The notes under the pieces are model-generated. The model was not told where the DNA came from and ran no database searches. It was given only the letters and a program-made list of their open reading frames with translations. The position numbers were made by a program, and so were the translations under genes. A stretch of DNA of 64,000 nucleotides from Candidatus Kerfeldbacteria bacterium RIFCSPLOWO2_02_FULL_42_19 (GTDB lineage: Bacteria > Patescibacteriota > Patescibacteriia > HO2-48-17), in assembly GCA_001818315.1 (NCBI GenBank), contig MHKF01000012.1, positions 128,080 through 192,079 of the forward strand. The letters are read 5' to 3'. Positions 43,701-53,899 of the stretch are shown here, piece after piece. Position 1 is the first letter of the stretch, and every line of letters starts with the position of its first letter.

Positions 43701-45077
43701 TTATCGAGGATAAAGTTCTTGTAACTCAACTGTATATGAGCCGTACGCAAAGTTATTACCGGCCTGCAAAGCCGAGTACTGGCCGGCACTTGTTTCATGA
43801 GTCGCAAGAAATTCCTTTTGCGTTTGTCGTTCAATGTCAATAGCTTGCGAGGTTTGACGAGAGCCTGAGATAATCGACTGTACAAATATAAAAATAAACA
43901 AAACTGCCAGGTAAACTCCGCTGGCATTTCGATGTTGAGATTTATTGCGCAATTGCATGAGAATACAACAAACTATAATGCCAGTCAGTGGAATAAATGG
44001 TATAAAATAATGATAACGCATATGTTTTGCAATCATCACCAGACTCAATAATTGACTAACGATGGCAGCTGCACCCACACGAAATGTCATTGTTTGGAGA
44101 TACTGCCGCCGTTGTGGCAAAACAATGATGCTCACGATACTGACGAGTAAAAAAAGAATGATGACTTCGAAAATACGGGGAAAACCATCGATTAATCCTT
44201 GCAAGTTGTTCCAATAGAGAGGCCAATCAATCACACCAACTGTACCGCTCCCGTGAATACCTGTATGTTGAAAAATACTTCCAAACCAATGAAATAATTT
44301 ATTGTATTGTGATCGAATCGGCCATGTCCACAAGAAAAAAAATCCAATCGTACTAGCGAAATACAATAATTTTAAGCGGATGGTTTGAATAATGAATAAC
44401 GGCACAATAAGCATTGGCAAAAAATTGACTTTGGTTGCAATACCCAAACCAACGATACTAGCAGCCACCAAACTAGAGTCGATCGCTTGGCGCCGATTGA
44501 ATTTGGTTTTCCCGAGCATTACGACTAACCAACAAATCAATAGCAAGACAATGGTCAATAATAATCCTTCCGGCGCCACTTTCGTGAAACTGTACATTGG
44601 TATGAATGAGCTCAGGAATGGCGTCGACTGCAAAATAATGGCAAAATAATAGTTTTTCAGTATCCCATATGTTATTATTCCAACGGTCAATAATAATACT
44701 GAATTGATGATCAGTAATGTATAACTGATGGCCTGTAAATACAATTCTGGATGTATTAGAACATCTGTTTCGAGCGTTTGTAAATCATATTGGGCACCAT
44801 TGCGTATAAGATGAGACGTTTTAATCACGAGTGCACTGAATAATTGTACCGGCGTACCAGGATGATCAATATGGCCAATGGGTAAATCTTCAATCACATT
44901 GAGTGCATTCATGAGATACGCATAATCTGGATCATAATTTGAACCTGACCAATATGGACCGCGCACATTTTTTATAAATATCCCTGTCATCAATAATGCG
45001 ACCGGAAGGATCAGCAAGCCGCACCCCAGTAACCAGGATTTCCAACTCAAGTGTCGCAACCAATTTACCAGCTGCAT
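43701..45077 (-). CDS. GT-C-like polytopic membrane protein, paralog 2
   Basis: Same N-terminal loop block; the internal 35-aa stretch EVIILFLLVSIVSIIVLPQRRQYLQTMTFRVGAAA is identical to paralog 1. Confidence 0.45.
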   Translation of the reverse strand: MQLVNWLRHLSWKSWLLGCGLLILPVALLMTGIFIKNVRGPYWSGSNYDPDYAYLMNALNVIEDLPIGHIDHPGTPVQLFSALVIKTSHLIRNGAQYDLQTLETDVLIHPELYLQAISYTLLIINSVLLLTVGIITYGILKNYYFAIILQSTPFLSSFIPMYSFTKVAPEGLLLTIVLLLICWLVVMLGKTKFNRRQAIDSSLVAASIVGLGIATKVNFLPMLIVPLFIIQTIRLKLLYFASTIGFFFLWTWPIRSQYNKLFHWFGSIFQHTGIHGSGTVGVIDWPLYWNNLQGLIDGFPRIFEVIILFLLVSIVSIIVLPQRRQYLQTMTFRVGAAAIVSQLLSLVMIAKHMRYHYFIPFIPLTGIIVCCILMQLRNKSQHRNASGVYLAVLFIFIFVQSIISGSRQTSQAIDIERQTQKEFLATHETSAGQYSALQAGNNFAYGSYTVELQELYPR

Positions 45078-45253
45078 ATTATTTGAGCAATGGCATTAAA
45101 AAAATACTGACAATCAATAACAGATAGTAGACATTTATAGATATCAGACAAATTTAATTTTGTTTCAAGCAAAGTAATCATTTTTAAAAGTAGCCAGCTG
45201 TGACGAAGGTGAGAAATATTGGTGGTGTCCTATGTTTGTGCCTTATATCGTAA

Positions 45254-46084
45254 TTAAAGATGATATGAAACTCCAATCCCAGCACCGGCATACCAATGAT
45301 GGAGGGGCTGCTCTTGAAAGAATAAAAAAGCTCGTTTCGTACGCTGACTAAATTCCCACAACTTTGATGAACAGTGAACATTGTCTCCGAGAATGATTGC
45401 TCGTGGTGATAATTTCGCTTGCACAGTCTCGTACTCGCGCAGTTCATATTCCTGAGAATGATCGCTGTCATTAATAAAAAGATCGATTGTCTGAGATAAT
45501 GTGTTCAGTGACGCGATTGAATCGCCATAGAGTATTTTGGCATATTCAGAGTATGGTAGCTGCAATAAATATCCAGCCACCGGGTCGATATCAGTCGTAT
45601 ATAAGTAGCCAGGTGCACCATCATGAGCATTACGTTTTAAAGCAGCCGCAATAATGCATGAACCAAGCCCCTTATTGGTTCCAGTTTCAACGACGATCTT
45701 CGGTTTCATCGCTCGAACAAATGCATACCAGCCAATGCGACGACTGTATTTTGCTGTTGAATCAGCAATATAGCGTTCGGGAGCCTGCTGTGTGAAACGA
45801 ACGATATGATCGTGTAATGCCTGATCATGGACAATTTCATCAATATATCGTTGTACGTCGCCTACAGGTTGATGGGTGACAGTAGCAACAAAGGCAATCA
45901 AATATTGCCTATTCAGGGCAGTGAGATCATATGTAAAATTATCAATCTCACGCGAAGTGAATGTCCAATGGAGTAATTGTTTGAATGTTGGTATGACATA
46001 ATGAGCACCAAACCAAAAACGGTATGGTATAAGCAGGATGCGACCTGCCGCCGTTGTTTTTAAAAAATGTTTCAACTTCTCCAT
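45254..46084 (-). CDS. class I SAM-dependent methyltransferase (TylF/CmcI-like O-methyltransferase family)
   Basis: IVVETGTNKGLGS SAM-binding motif and LFINDSDHS…E, at a length of ~276 aa. Confidence 0.5.
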   Translation of the reverse strand: MEKLKHFLKTTAAGRILLIPYRFWFGAHYVIPTFKQLLHWTFTSREIDNFTYDLTALNRQYLIAFVATVTHQPVGDVQRYIDEIVHDQALHDHIVRFTQQAPERYIADSTAKYSRRIGWYAFVRAMKPKIVVETGTNKGLGSCIIAAALKRNAHDGAPGYLYTTDIDPVAGYLLQLPYSEYAKILYGDSIASLNTLSQTIDLFINDSDHSQEYELREYETVQAKLSPRAIILGDNVHCSSKLWEFSQRTKRAFLFFQEQPLHHWYAGAGIGVSYHL

Positions 46085-46360
46085 AGCTCCATTGTGGATC
46101 TAAAAATAATGGCGTTGTGGTATTTCAATAATCAGCAAAGTGTGCCGTAATCCTTACTTCTCAACTGCTGCTGTGCTCACCTCATCGGTTCGGTAACGGA
46201 CGTTAAATAGACGGCGCCACCCCCTGCGACTAATGTTGTAGTTTAACATCGCTCAACTGGGTCGTCAATTTTTCGCAAGTTTATTTTTTTTCACAACCAA
46301 CGGATGATTTCCTGGGAAACAGAAAATTTTTTAAGAAAAGCTTTGCGTTCCGTTTTCATC

Positions 46361-47318
46361 TTAACGTACCCAAGCGTTGTATTCTTTGAGTCGCCCCTGC
46401 TTCTCATAAAGAAGGCGTGGATTCAGGATTTCTCGGGGAATTTGTTTGAGAAGCATGGCGTTCTCGGGTGCGTTCACGTTAGCGATCTCGTACCCGAAGT
46501 CAGGATCGCGTTGCCATCGAATTTTTCCTTCAATCATAACTTCTAACATGGCCGAGGAGTGAGGAATTTTTATTTTGAGCGCACGCCCTGCTGAGACGTC
46601 TTGTGCATCACCACCGATAAACCCTGTGTTCATCATCCACATCTCAACTCCTTTCATGCTCCTGGCAATCTCACTGAAACGTTCGGCCTGAAGACGATGA
46701 ATTCTGGGGAAGAAGGGCTGTGTAAATGGGGATCGAATTCTGCCGTGTTCTTTCCCTGCAACCGAGGTTTTAGTGGTCTCTCCGAGCATAAAATACGCTG
46801 TAGCCTGTGCGGGCGAAGTGAAGCGGAGGATGCCTGGCGTTGCAGCGTCGCTCCCTGCATCACGATTCAAAATCCCCATAAGCTTGACTTGCGGGATATT
46901 TCGAAAATTTGCAGCATTTTTTATTGCGCTCATTGGGATGATCGAACGACTGTTCTGAGTCCAGATCACAAAATCCCATCCATCTTTTGAGATGCCGCGT
47001 TCATCAACGATTTCTTTAAATGAAACTTTTGACAAAATATAGTTGTCCACATTTTCAGCCACGGCGCCGTTGCGATTCGATCAGCTTCTGCGCCTTTTCT
47101 GGAGGAATTGTATTCGAGGAGTAGCAGTCCTTCTCCGCATCAGGAGCAATAATGTAGGTGTATTGATCTATCCTCGCTTTGTTCCGCGAGATCTTGTTCA
47201 AACTCCCGTAAGCAGTTCGGATCGTTACCGATGTGTATTCCAATGCGAGTTCCTGGAGTTCTTTCTGATTTGGATTTTCAATATATCTTACTTTGTAAGG
47301 TTTCAAATTGTGTGACAT
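46361..47318 (-). pseudogene. pckA: ATP-dependent PEP carboxykinase (pckA) remnant: N-terminal 87 aa and C-terminal 233 aa in different frames; the central kinase region is missing
   Basis: N-terminal ORF 47055-47318 (…YGSLNKISRNKARIDQYTYIIAP…) and C-terminal ORF 46361-47062 (…EMWMMNTGFIGG…LLYEKQG…) match the two PckA ends; no GLSGTGKTT P-loop region; 8-nt overlap with a frame change. Confidence 0.55.
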
Positions 47319-47399
47319 GTCCGTCTGCTTTACTACTTTTGAACCTACTGGTATCTTATATTAAGCTTGGCTATTTTATGAGTCTTTTTCTTATTATTT

Positions 47400-48233
47400 A
47401 TGGGTTCTGAATCAATAAAATACGAGATTACACCTCCAAAGGGACTTATAAGGTTCAACCTTCCGGAGATTTGGAGATTTAAGGACCTGTTTTATATTTT
47501 GGTCTGGCGAGATATTAAGGTTCGGTATAAGCAGACGGTTTTAGGTATTCTGTGGGCTCTGTTTCAGCCATTTTTGACGATGGTGATTTTTACTATCTTC
47601 TTTAGTGTTTTTGCAAAAGTTCCTTCCGATAACGCCCCTTATCCCATTTTTGTTTATTCTGGTTTGCTCTTTTGGAACTATTATTCGACCGCTCTAACGA
47701 ATGCGAGTAATTCACTTATCAATAATGAGGGGATTGTGCAAAAAGTCTATTTTCCGCGTCTCATTTTACCGATCTCAACTGTGTTGACACCGATAGCAGA
47801 CTTTATATTTGCCTTTTTTATTTTATTGGGATTAATGGTTTATTATCATTTTACCCCCGGAATTTTAGGCCTTCTGCTTGTACCTCTCTTGCTTCTCATT
47901 TCTATTTTCAGCGCTCTTGGGCTTGGATTATTACTCTCTGCTGTGAATACTAAATATCGAGATGTTCGCTACATCCTTCCTTTCTTTATGCAAATTTTAC
48001 TTTTTATTACGCCTGTCATTTATCCCGTCTCTATTATTCCAGAACAATTTCGCTGGTTGGCTTTCTTTAATCCAATGACCGGCGTGATCACTCTTGCTCG
48101 CAATGTTATTATCGGGGTAGGGGAAGTAAATTTCGGACACATTGGTGTTTCCGTATTCGTGAGTGTCGTTTTACTCTTCATTGGCCTCGCTTACTTTAGA
48201 AAAACAGAACGCTTCTTCGCCGACGTATTATAA
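47400..48233 (+). CDS. ABC-2 type polysaccharide/O-antigen export permease (Wzm/TagG-like)
   Basis: RDIKVRYKQTVLGILWALFQP signature, six TM segments. Confidence 0.7.
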   Translation: MGSESIKYEITPPKGLIRFNLPEIWRFKDLFYILVWRDIKVRYKQTVLGILWALFQPFLTMVIFTIFFSVFAKVPSDNAPYPIFVYSGLLFWNYYSTALTNASNSLINNEGIVQKVYFPRLILPISTVLTPIADFIFAFFILLGLMVYYHFTPGILGLLLVPLLLLISIFSALGLGLLLSAVNTKYRDVRYILPFFMQILLFITPVIYPVSIIPEQFRWLAFFNPMTGVITLARNVIIGVGEVNFGHIGVSVFVSVVLLFIGLAYFRKTERFFADVL

Positions 48234-48247
48234 GGTATTATGATACT

Positions 48248-49474
48248 ATGCAATCAATTATTCAAGTTGAAAAACTGAGCAAAAAATTTCATATTGGCCA
48301 AAAAGAGCACTACTATTCTTTGCGTGACTCCTTAGTGGATGCCATCACTTTTAGGCAGAAAAAAAAATATGATATCTTCTGGGCATTGAAAGATATTAAT
48401 TTTGAAGTTCAACCCGGCGAAGCACTGGGAATTATAGGCCGCAATGGAGCTGGTAAAAGCACTCTCTTGAAAATTCTTTCTCAGATCACTCCGCCGACCA
48501 CTGGGCGAATCAAAATTGGAGGACATGTAGCTTCTCTCTTAGAGGTCGGTACTGGTTTTCACCCAGAACTCACAGGCCATGAAAATATTTACTTAAACGG
48601 TGCAATTTTAGGTATGTCCCGTAAAGAAATAAAAAGAAAGTTCGATGAGATTGTGACTTTTGCTGAAATTGAAAAATTTCTCAATACGCCAGTGAAACGT
48701 TATTCTTCTGGAATGTATGTAAGACTCGCTTTCGCTGTGGCTGCCCATTTGGAACCGGAGATATTAGTAATCGACGAGGTTTTAGCAGTTGGCGATGTTC
48801 AGTTCCAAAGAAAATGCTTGAATAAAATGAATGAAATTTCTCAAAAAGATGACCGCACGGTTCTTTTTGTCAGCCACAATACAGGAGCTATCCAGACTCT
48901 ATGTGAACATTGCATCTTGCTTGATCAAGGAAAAATAATAATGCAAGGAGACACTCCGAGAGTCATTGAGAAGTATTTGAGAACATTTAATGACACAATA
49001 CTGATTGATCGTAAAGACAGAATCGGTAAAGGTGAAATCCGACTTACAGATGTCTCTTTCGAAAATTCTGCAGGAGAAGAAGTCGCATCTTTCATCTCAG
49101 AAAAAGACGCTATACTTAAGATAAGGTACGAATCGGTGAACAATTCAGACACAGATTTGAGAGATGTTGATATTGGCATTGGAATAGATGATAGTATTGG
49201 TCAGAGAATTGCTGGTCTATCTACAGTTGGTAATAAAAATTTTCCTGACCGCATTAAAAAGAGTGGTTTGTTTATATGTACCATCAAAACATTACCTTTG
49301 AATACGGGACGCTTTTATCTGACCTTGATTTTACGCCACAAGGGCGAGATTATGGATTGGATTCAGCAAGCTGCCTTTTTTGATGTTGAGAACCTGCAAA
49401 ATTTCAACTATGGCTCATCGCTCTCAAGATCAGACGGCCCTTTTTTAATTAATCATTTATGGACAGTACAATGA
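48248..49474 (+). CDS. polysaccharide ABC exporter ATP-binding protein (Wzt/TagH-like) with an extra C-terminal domain
   Basis: Walker A GIIGRNGAGKSTLL, YSSGMYVRLAFA signature, ILVIDEVLAVGD; ~150-aa C-terminal extension. Confidence 0.75.
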   Translation: MQSIIQVEKLSKKFHIGQKEHYYSLRDSLVDAITFRQKKKYDIFWALKDINFEVQPGEALGIIGRNGAGKSTLLKILSQITPPTTGRIKIGGHVASLLEVGTGFHPELTGHENIYLNGAILGMSRKEIKRKFDEIVTFAEIEKFLNTPVKRYSSGMYVRLAFAVAAHLEPEILVIDEVLAVGDVQFQRKCLNKMNEISQKDDRTVLFVSHNTGAIQTLCEHCILLDQGKIIMQGDTPRVIEKYLRTFNDTILIDRKDRIGKGEIRLTDVSFENSAGEEVASFISEKDAILKIRYESVNNSDTDLRDVDIGIGIDDSIGQRIAGLSTVGNKNFPDRIKKSGLFICTIKTLPLNTGRFYLTLILRHKGEIMDWIQQAAFFDVENLQNFNYGSSLSRSDGPFLINHLWTVQ

Positions 49475-50145
49475 TAGCGATTCAACAGTTCGTTTCAAAA
49501 ATCAGAGCTAGGTTTTTCAAATCTCAATATCTTGATCCCGATTTTGATAAACGAGGAGCAACGACCAACGAAGAAATTGATCTGTTTTGGCAAGACGAAC
49601 AAAGAGTCAAAGAGTACCTCGTTCAGGAACGTTTAGATTTCTTTCAGGAGGTAGCTCATAAAATACCTTATTCCGAAGATGTTAAATCAGTCATTGATAT
49701 CGGATGTGGCTCAGGACACGTTCTCTTCCATTATTCAAAGATACATCATATTAAGGAAGAAGCTCTCGTTGCGTGCGAAATCTCAATTCATGCTCTTTTG
49801 CAAGTGAATAAATTGCTTCCTAGGGTTAATCTACTAAGAGTTGATTTGCTTTTATTGCCCCATTTATTGAATCACAAGTTTGATTTGGCTATTGCTACTG
49901 AAATTCTCGAACACTTACAGCAACCCCAGAAGTACTTAAAGAGTATAATAGAGATACTGAATCTTGGAGGAAAAGTTCTCATTACTATCCCCAATGGTGA
50001 TCTCGACAATTGGAGCGGACACGTGAATTTCTGGAATAAGAATCAATTTAAAGAATTTCTTGGAAAATTCAATGAAATAGAGTTGGTATATTCGGAAACC
50101 TTATCAAGTAATGATCTTTTATTTGTAATTAAAAAAGTGAGATGA
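49459..50145 (+). CDS. class I SAM-dependent methyltransferase
   Basis: VIDIGCGSGHVLF motif I. Confidence 0.55.
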   Translation: MDSTMIAIQQFVSKIRARFFKSQYLDPDFDKRGATTNEEIDLFWQDEQRVKEYLVQERLDFFQEVAHKIPYSEDVKSVIDIGCGSGHVLFHYSKIHHIKEEALVACEISIHALLQVNKLLPRVNLLRVDLLLLPHLLNHKFDLAIATEILEHLQQPQKYLKSIIEILNLGGKVLITIPNGDLDNWSGHVNFWNKNQFKEFLGKFNEIELVYSETLSSNDLLFVIKKVR

Positions 50146-51203
50146 TGAGCATTAGTATGAAGACAGTTCATTTCGCCATCTTAGGGTGCGGTAAAATTGG
50201 TACAAGGCATGCCGAAAAAATGCGTAGTGTGGATTATGTACGTCTCAATGCTGTATGTGATATAGTCGGTGAAAAAGCAGATATTCTCTCAGAGAAGCAT
50301 GTTTGTAGATCCTATCACAGCATAGAACAGATGCTTAAAGACCCGGATATCGATTTTGTGAATATTTGCACTCCTTCAGGCTTACACGCACAGCACTCCA
50401 TCATGTGTTTAAATGCCGGCAAGAATGTTCTCTGTGAAAAACCAATGGCACTTACCGTAAAAGATGCTGTCAATATGCGCAAGGCAGCTGAGAAAAACGG
50501 TAAAATGTTGTATGTTGTCAAACAGAATCGGTACAATCCACCAGTCAAACTCGTGAAGCAATTGATCGACGAAAAAAAATTTGGCAGACCCATTTTGGCT
50601 GTGGTAAATATGTTCTGGAATAGAAACGACGATTATTACAAAAGCGATCCTTGGCGTGGAACATTAAAACTCGATGGTGGAACGATTTATACACAAGCAA
50701 GCCATTTTGTCGATTTGCTTCTTATGTTTTTGGGTAAACCAAAGTCTGTCTACGCTTTAATAGGAACAAAGAACCATAACATTGAAATTGAAGACACAGG
50801 AGTGATCACCGTACATTTTGAAAATGGTGCTTATGGAACAATGAATTATACTACTTGTGCCACAAAGAAGAATTTTGAAGGATCTATAACCCTCATCTTT
50901 TCCAAAGGCACTATTAAGATCGGCGGAGAGTATATTAATACCATCGAATACTTTCAAGTTGAAGGTGTAGATGGTTACGAACTAGAGCCCAGTGTAGTGG
51001 AAGCTAATGATTACGGTACATACCGTGGTTCTATGTCAAATCATCATGAAGTTTTTAAGGACATCGTCAGAAAGTTTAACAACAGTCAAGATAATGGTAA
51101 CCTTGTATATGGAGACGAAGCAATTGAGACTATCGCTTTAATTGAAAAAGCTTTGGAGTCAGCACGAAACGAAAAAATAATAACTATAAAAGATGAACTA
51201 TGA
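50142..51203 (+). CDS. Gfo/Idh/MocA-family NAD(P)-dependent sugar oxidoreductase (WbpB-like)
   Basis: N-terminal Rossmann segment HFAILGCGKIGTRHAEK; EKP motif. Confidence 0.65.
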   Translation: MMSISMKTVHFAILGCGKIGTRHAEKMRSVDYVRLNAVCDIVGEKADILSEKHVCRSYHSIEQMLKDPDIDFVNICTPSGLHAQHSIMCLNAGKNVLCEKPMALTVKDAVNMRKAAEKNGKMLYVVKQNRYNPPVKLVKQLIDEKKFGRPILAVVNMFWNRNDDYYKSDPWRGTLKLDGGTIYTQASHFVDLLLMFLGKPKSVYALIGTKNHNIEIEDTGVITVHFENGAYGTMNYTTCATKKNFEGSITLIFSKGTIKIGGEYINTIEYFQVEGVDGYELEPSVVEANDYGTYRGSMSNHHEVFKDIVRKFNNSQDNGNLVYGDEAIETIALIEKALESARNEKIITIKDEL

Positions 51204-52174
51204 AACAAGTTCGTATTCTTTTGACATCCGTTGGAGTTGAAACAGGTCCTAATGTCATTAATGCACTAAAAAAATCTTCTGACTTCACTCCATATATTAT
51301 TGGCACGGATAACGATCCTCTTGCTGCAGGTCTGTATTTATGTGATGAAAAAGTTATTGCCCCTAGGATAGATACGCCTGATTATATGTCACATCTTATG
51401 CAAGTTTGTCATACATACAGGGTTGATATCATTATTCCACTCCTCTCAAAGGAAATGCCTTTCTTTGCTAGTGCATCCCAACTCTTAAAAGAGAAAGCAG
51501 GAATTAAAATCGCGATTTCTGATCCAAAAACTATTCAACTTTGTGCAGATAAAAATTTGTTCGTGAAGTTCTTAATTGATCATAATATCCCAGCTCCTCG
51601 TGCTTTTGATGAGCAAGACATAAAGGAAACAGATTTTCCTCTCTTTGTCAAGCCTATTACTGGCAGTTCGAGTCGTTATGCTATTCGAGTGAATTCTCTT
51701 GCTGATCTTGAATATATCAAAAGAATTGCCGGTCCACTTTCCATTCAAGAATTACTCACCGGACCCGAGTACACCGTCGATACATTATGTGATTTAGAAG
51801 GTACATTGGTCACAGCCGTCATTAGGGAACGTCTTGAGGTTAAAGATGGTAAAGCAGTCAAAGGGCGTACAGTGAAAGATGATGATTTGATACAGCTTAT
51901 CAAGAATCTTGTAAGTTATGTGAAAATTATTGGTCCATCCAATATTCAATGCATTAAAAATCAAGGAATTTATACATTTTTTGAAATTAATACGCGCTTC
52001 TCTGCCGGTGGACTTCCTCTCACTGTTGTAGCAGGAGTCAATTTACCTGCTTTGCTTGTGAAAATACATCTTGGAATGGAAATTCATCCCGAAGAGTTGT
52101 TGTATAGAGAGAATGTATATATGAGCAGATATCTCACCGAGGTCTTTCCTCAACCAGTAAGGAATTTACTATGA
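51200..52174 (+). CDS. ATP-grasp domain protein (probable sugar-modifying ligase)
   Basis: Carbamoyl-phosphate-synthase-like ATP-grasp layout; sits inside a sugar-modification operon. Confidence 0.45.
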   Translation: MKQVRILLTSVGVETGPNVINALKKSSDFTPYIIGTDNDPLAAGLYLCDEKVIAPRIDTPDYMSHLMQVCHTYRVDIIIPLLSKEMPFFASASQLLKEKAGIKIAISDPKTIQLCADKNLFVKFLIDHNIPAPRAFDEQDIKETDFPLFVKPITGSSSRYAIRVNSLADLEYIKRIAGPLSIQELLTGPEYTVDTLCDLEGTLVTAVIRERLEVKDGKAVKGRTVKDDDLIQLIKNLVSYVKIIGPSNIQCIKNQGIYTFFEINTRFSAGGLPLTVVAGVNLPALLVKIHLGMEIHPEELLYRENVYMSRYLTEVFPQPVRNLL

Positions 52175-53175
52175 GAATAGCTGGTTCACAGATTCTCGTT
52201 ACAGGTGGTGCAGGATTTATCGGCTCTCATATAGTTGCATCACTTGTGAGAGATGGAGCTCGTGTGACAGTTTTTGATAATTTTAGCTTTGGACGCCATG
52301 AGAATTTATCCAAAATTGCGAATAATATTGAAGTAATAGAGGGAGATATTCTCGACGAAAAAAAACTTAATAAAGTAATGAAGGGTAAAAATATCGTTTC
52401 ACATCAAGCTGCGCAGTTGGAAATATTTTTAGCTAGCGCTGATCCGTACGCAGATCTTAAAATAAATACACTTGGAACCCTCAATGTTTTACAAGCCGCT
52501 CAAAAAAATGGTGTCGCTAAGGTAATTAATGCTTCATCCGCTTGCGTTTATGGACAAAAAAATGGTTCCGTAACTGAAGAGAGTATGCCTATACCAAATT
52601 GGGAATATGGTGTGAGTAAACTAGCTGCTGAAAGATATGGTACTATCTATTCAACTTATAAGAATTTACCAGTTGTTAGTTTGCGTTATGGTATTACTTA
52701 TGGTCCTAGAGAATGGTTTAGGCGCGTTTTGACGATATTCATTAAACGTGCAATTCAAGGAAAAGACTTAGTCATTTTCGGTGAAGGTGCACAAATCCGT
52801 GATTTTATCTCCGTCCACGATGTTGTCGCACTTCATAATTTCGCAATACAAGACGATATTTGTCAAGGAGATTCCTTTAATGTTGGTACCAATATCGGTA
52901 CAAGTATCAAGGAGCTTGCAGAAATAGTCATAAAAGTAACTGGTAGGAATTTAAAGATTCTCCACGAAGACATCAGAGAAGGTGAATTTTCTAAACTTGT
53001 TCCCGAGAAAAAACGCAATACTGCTGAACTTCAATGTATGCTTCTAGATTCGAGTAAAGCCACCAAAGTATTTAGGTGGAAACCGTTAGTATCTCTAGAA
53101 CAAGGCATACGAGAAGAATATGAATGGGCACAAGAAAATTTGAGCTTTTGGAAAAAAATACACTACTCAGCCTGA
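52171..53175 (+). CDS. NAD-dependent nucleotide-sugar epimerase/dehydratase (SDR family)
   Basis: ILVTGGAGFIGSH; YGVSK (Y-x3-K). Confidence 0.75.
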   Translation: MRIAGSQILVTGGAGFIGSHIVASLVRDGARVTVFDNFSFGRHENLSKIANNIEVIEGDILDEKKLNKVMKGKNIVSHQAAQLEIFLASADPYADLKINTLGTLNVLQAAQKNGVAKVINASSACVYGQKNGSVTEESMPIPNWEYGVSKLAAERYGTIYSTYKNLPVVSLRYGITYGPREWFRRVLTIFIKRAIQGKDLVIFGEGAQIRDFISVHDVVALHNFAIQDDICQGDSFNVGTNIGTSIKELAEIVIKVTGRNLKILHEDIREGEFSKLVPEKKRNTAELQCMLLDSSKATKVFRWKPLVSLEQGIREEYEWAQENLSFWKKIHYSA

Positions 53176-53185
53176 TTAGAAAAAC

Positions 53186-53899
53186 ATGAAAAAAGTTAAC
53201 ACGAGTTACTACCAATCCACAGACGGTCAGAACGTGAAAAGAATCTTAGTTGACTCCTATCTGATCTTTATTAACGAGATAATCGAGCAAGGCGATTTCA
53301 ACACCGTTATACAAATGGGTTATGGCGATGGTGAAGTGATTGAAAGACTGATGAACAAAGTCAAGCATGTTATCGTTATCGAGGGCGATTATGAGCTTTA
53401 CCGTAGAGCGATCGCTGAACACAAAAAAAATGATCATGTACTAATTATCAATTCTTTTTTTGAGCATTTTTTCCTAAAAAACAAAGTTGATCTTGTGCTC
53501 GGTAATCATGTTCTTGAACATGTTGATGATCCCGGCACTGTATTACATATGACTCGTCAGTGGCTCAAAAATACTGGTAAAGCGCTTTTTACTGTTCCAA
53601 ATGCTACATCTCTTCATCGTAGAATAGGTAAGGAAATGGGTTTATTGAAATCGATTTATGATTTGAACCCACAAGATCGCAAAGTTGGCCATCAAAGAGT
53701 TTATGATTGGCAATCATTTAATGATGAACTTCAAAATTCAGGTTACAAAATAATCAAAGCAGGTGGCTTTAACATTAAGTTGACATCACAAAAACAGATG
53801 AAAGATTGGTCTCATGAATTGTTGCGCGCTATTTTTTTAATTAGCCTCGAATGCCAACCACAAATATGCTCAAACCTTTATGCAATCTGCCGAAATTAA
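53186..53899 (+). CDS. class I SAM-dependent methyltransferase (type 11)
   Basis: VIQMGYGDGEVIERL; DLVLGNHVLEHVDDP. Confidence 0.5.
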   Translation: MKKVNTSYYQSTDGQNVKRILVDSYLIFINEIIEQGDFNTVIQMGYGDGEVIERLMNKVKHVIVIEGDYELYRRAIAEHKKNDHVLIINSFFEHFFLKNKVDLVLGNHVLEHVDDPGTVLHMTRQWLKNTGKALFTVPNATSLHRRIGKEMGLLKSIYDLNPQDRKVGHQRVYDWQSFNDELQNSGYKIIKAGGFNIKLTSQKQMKDWSHELLRAIFLISLECQPQICSNLYAICRN

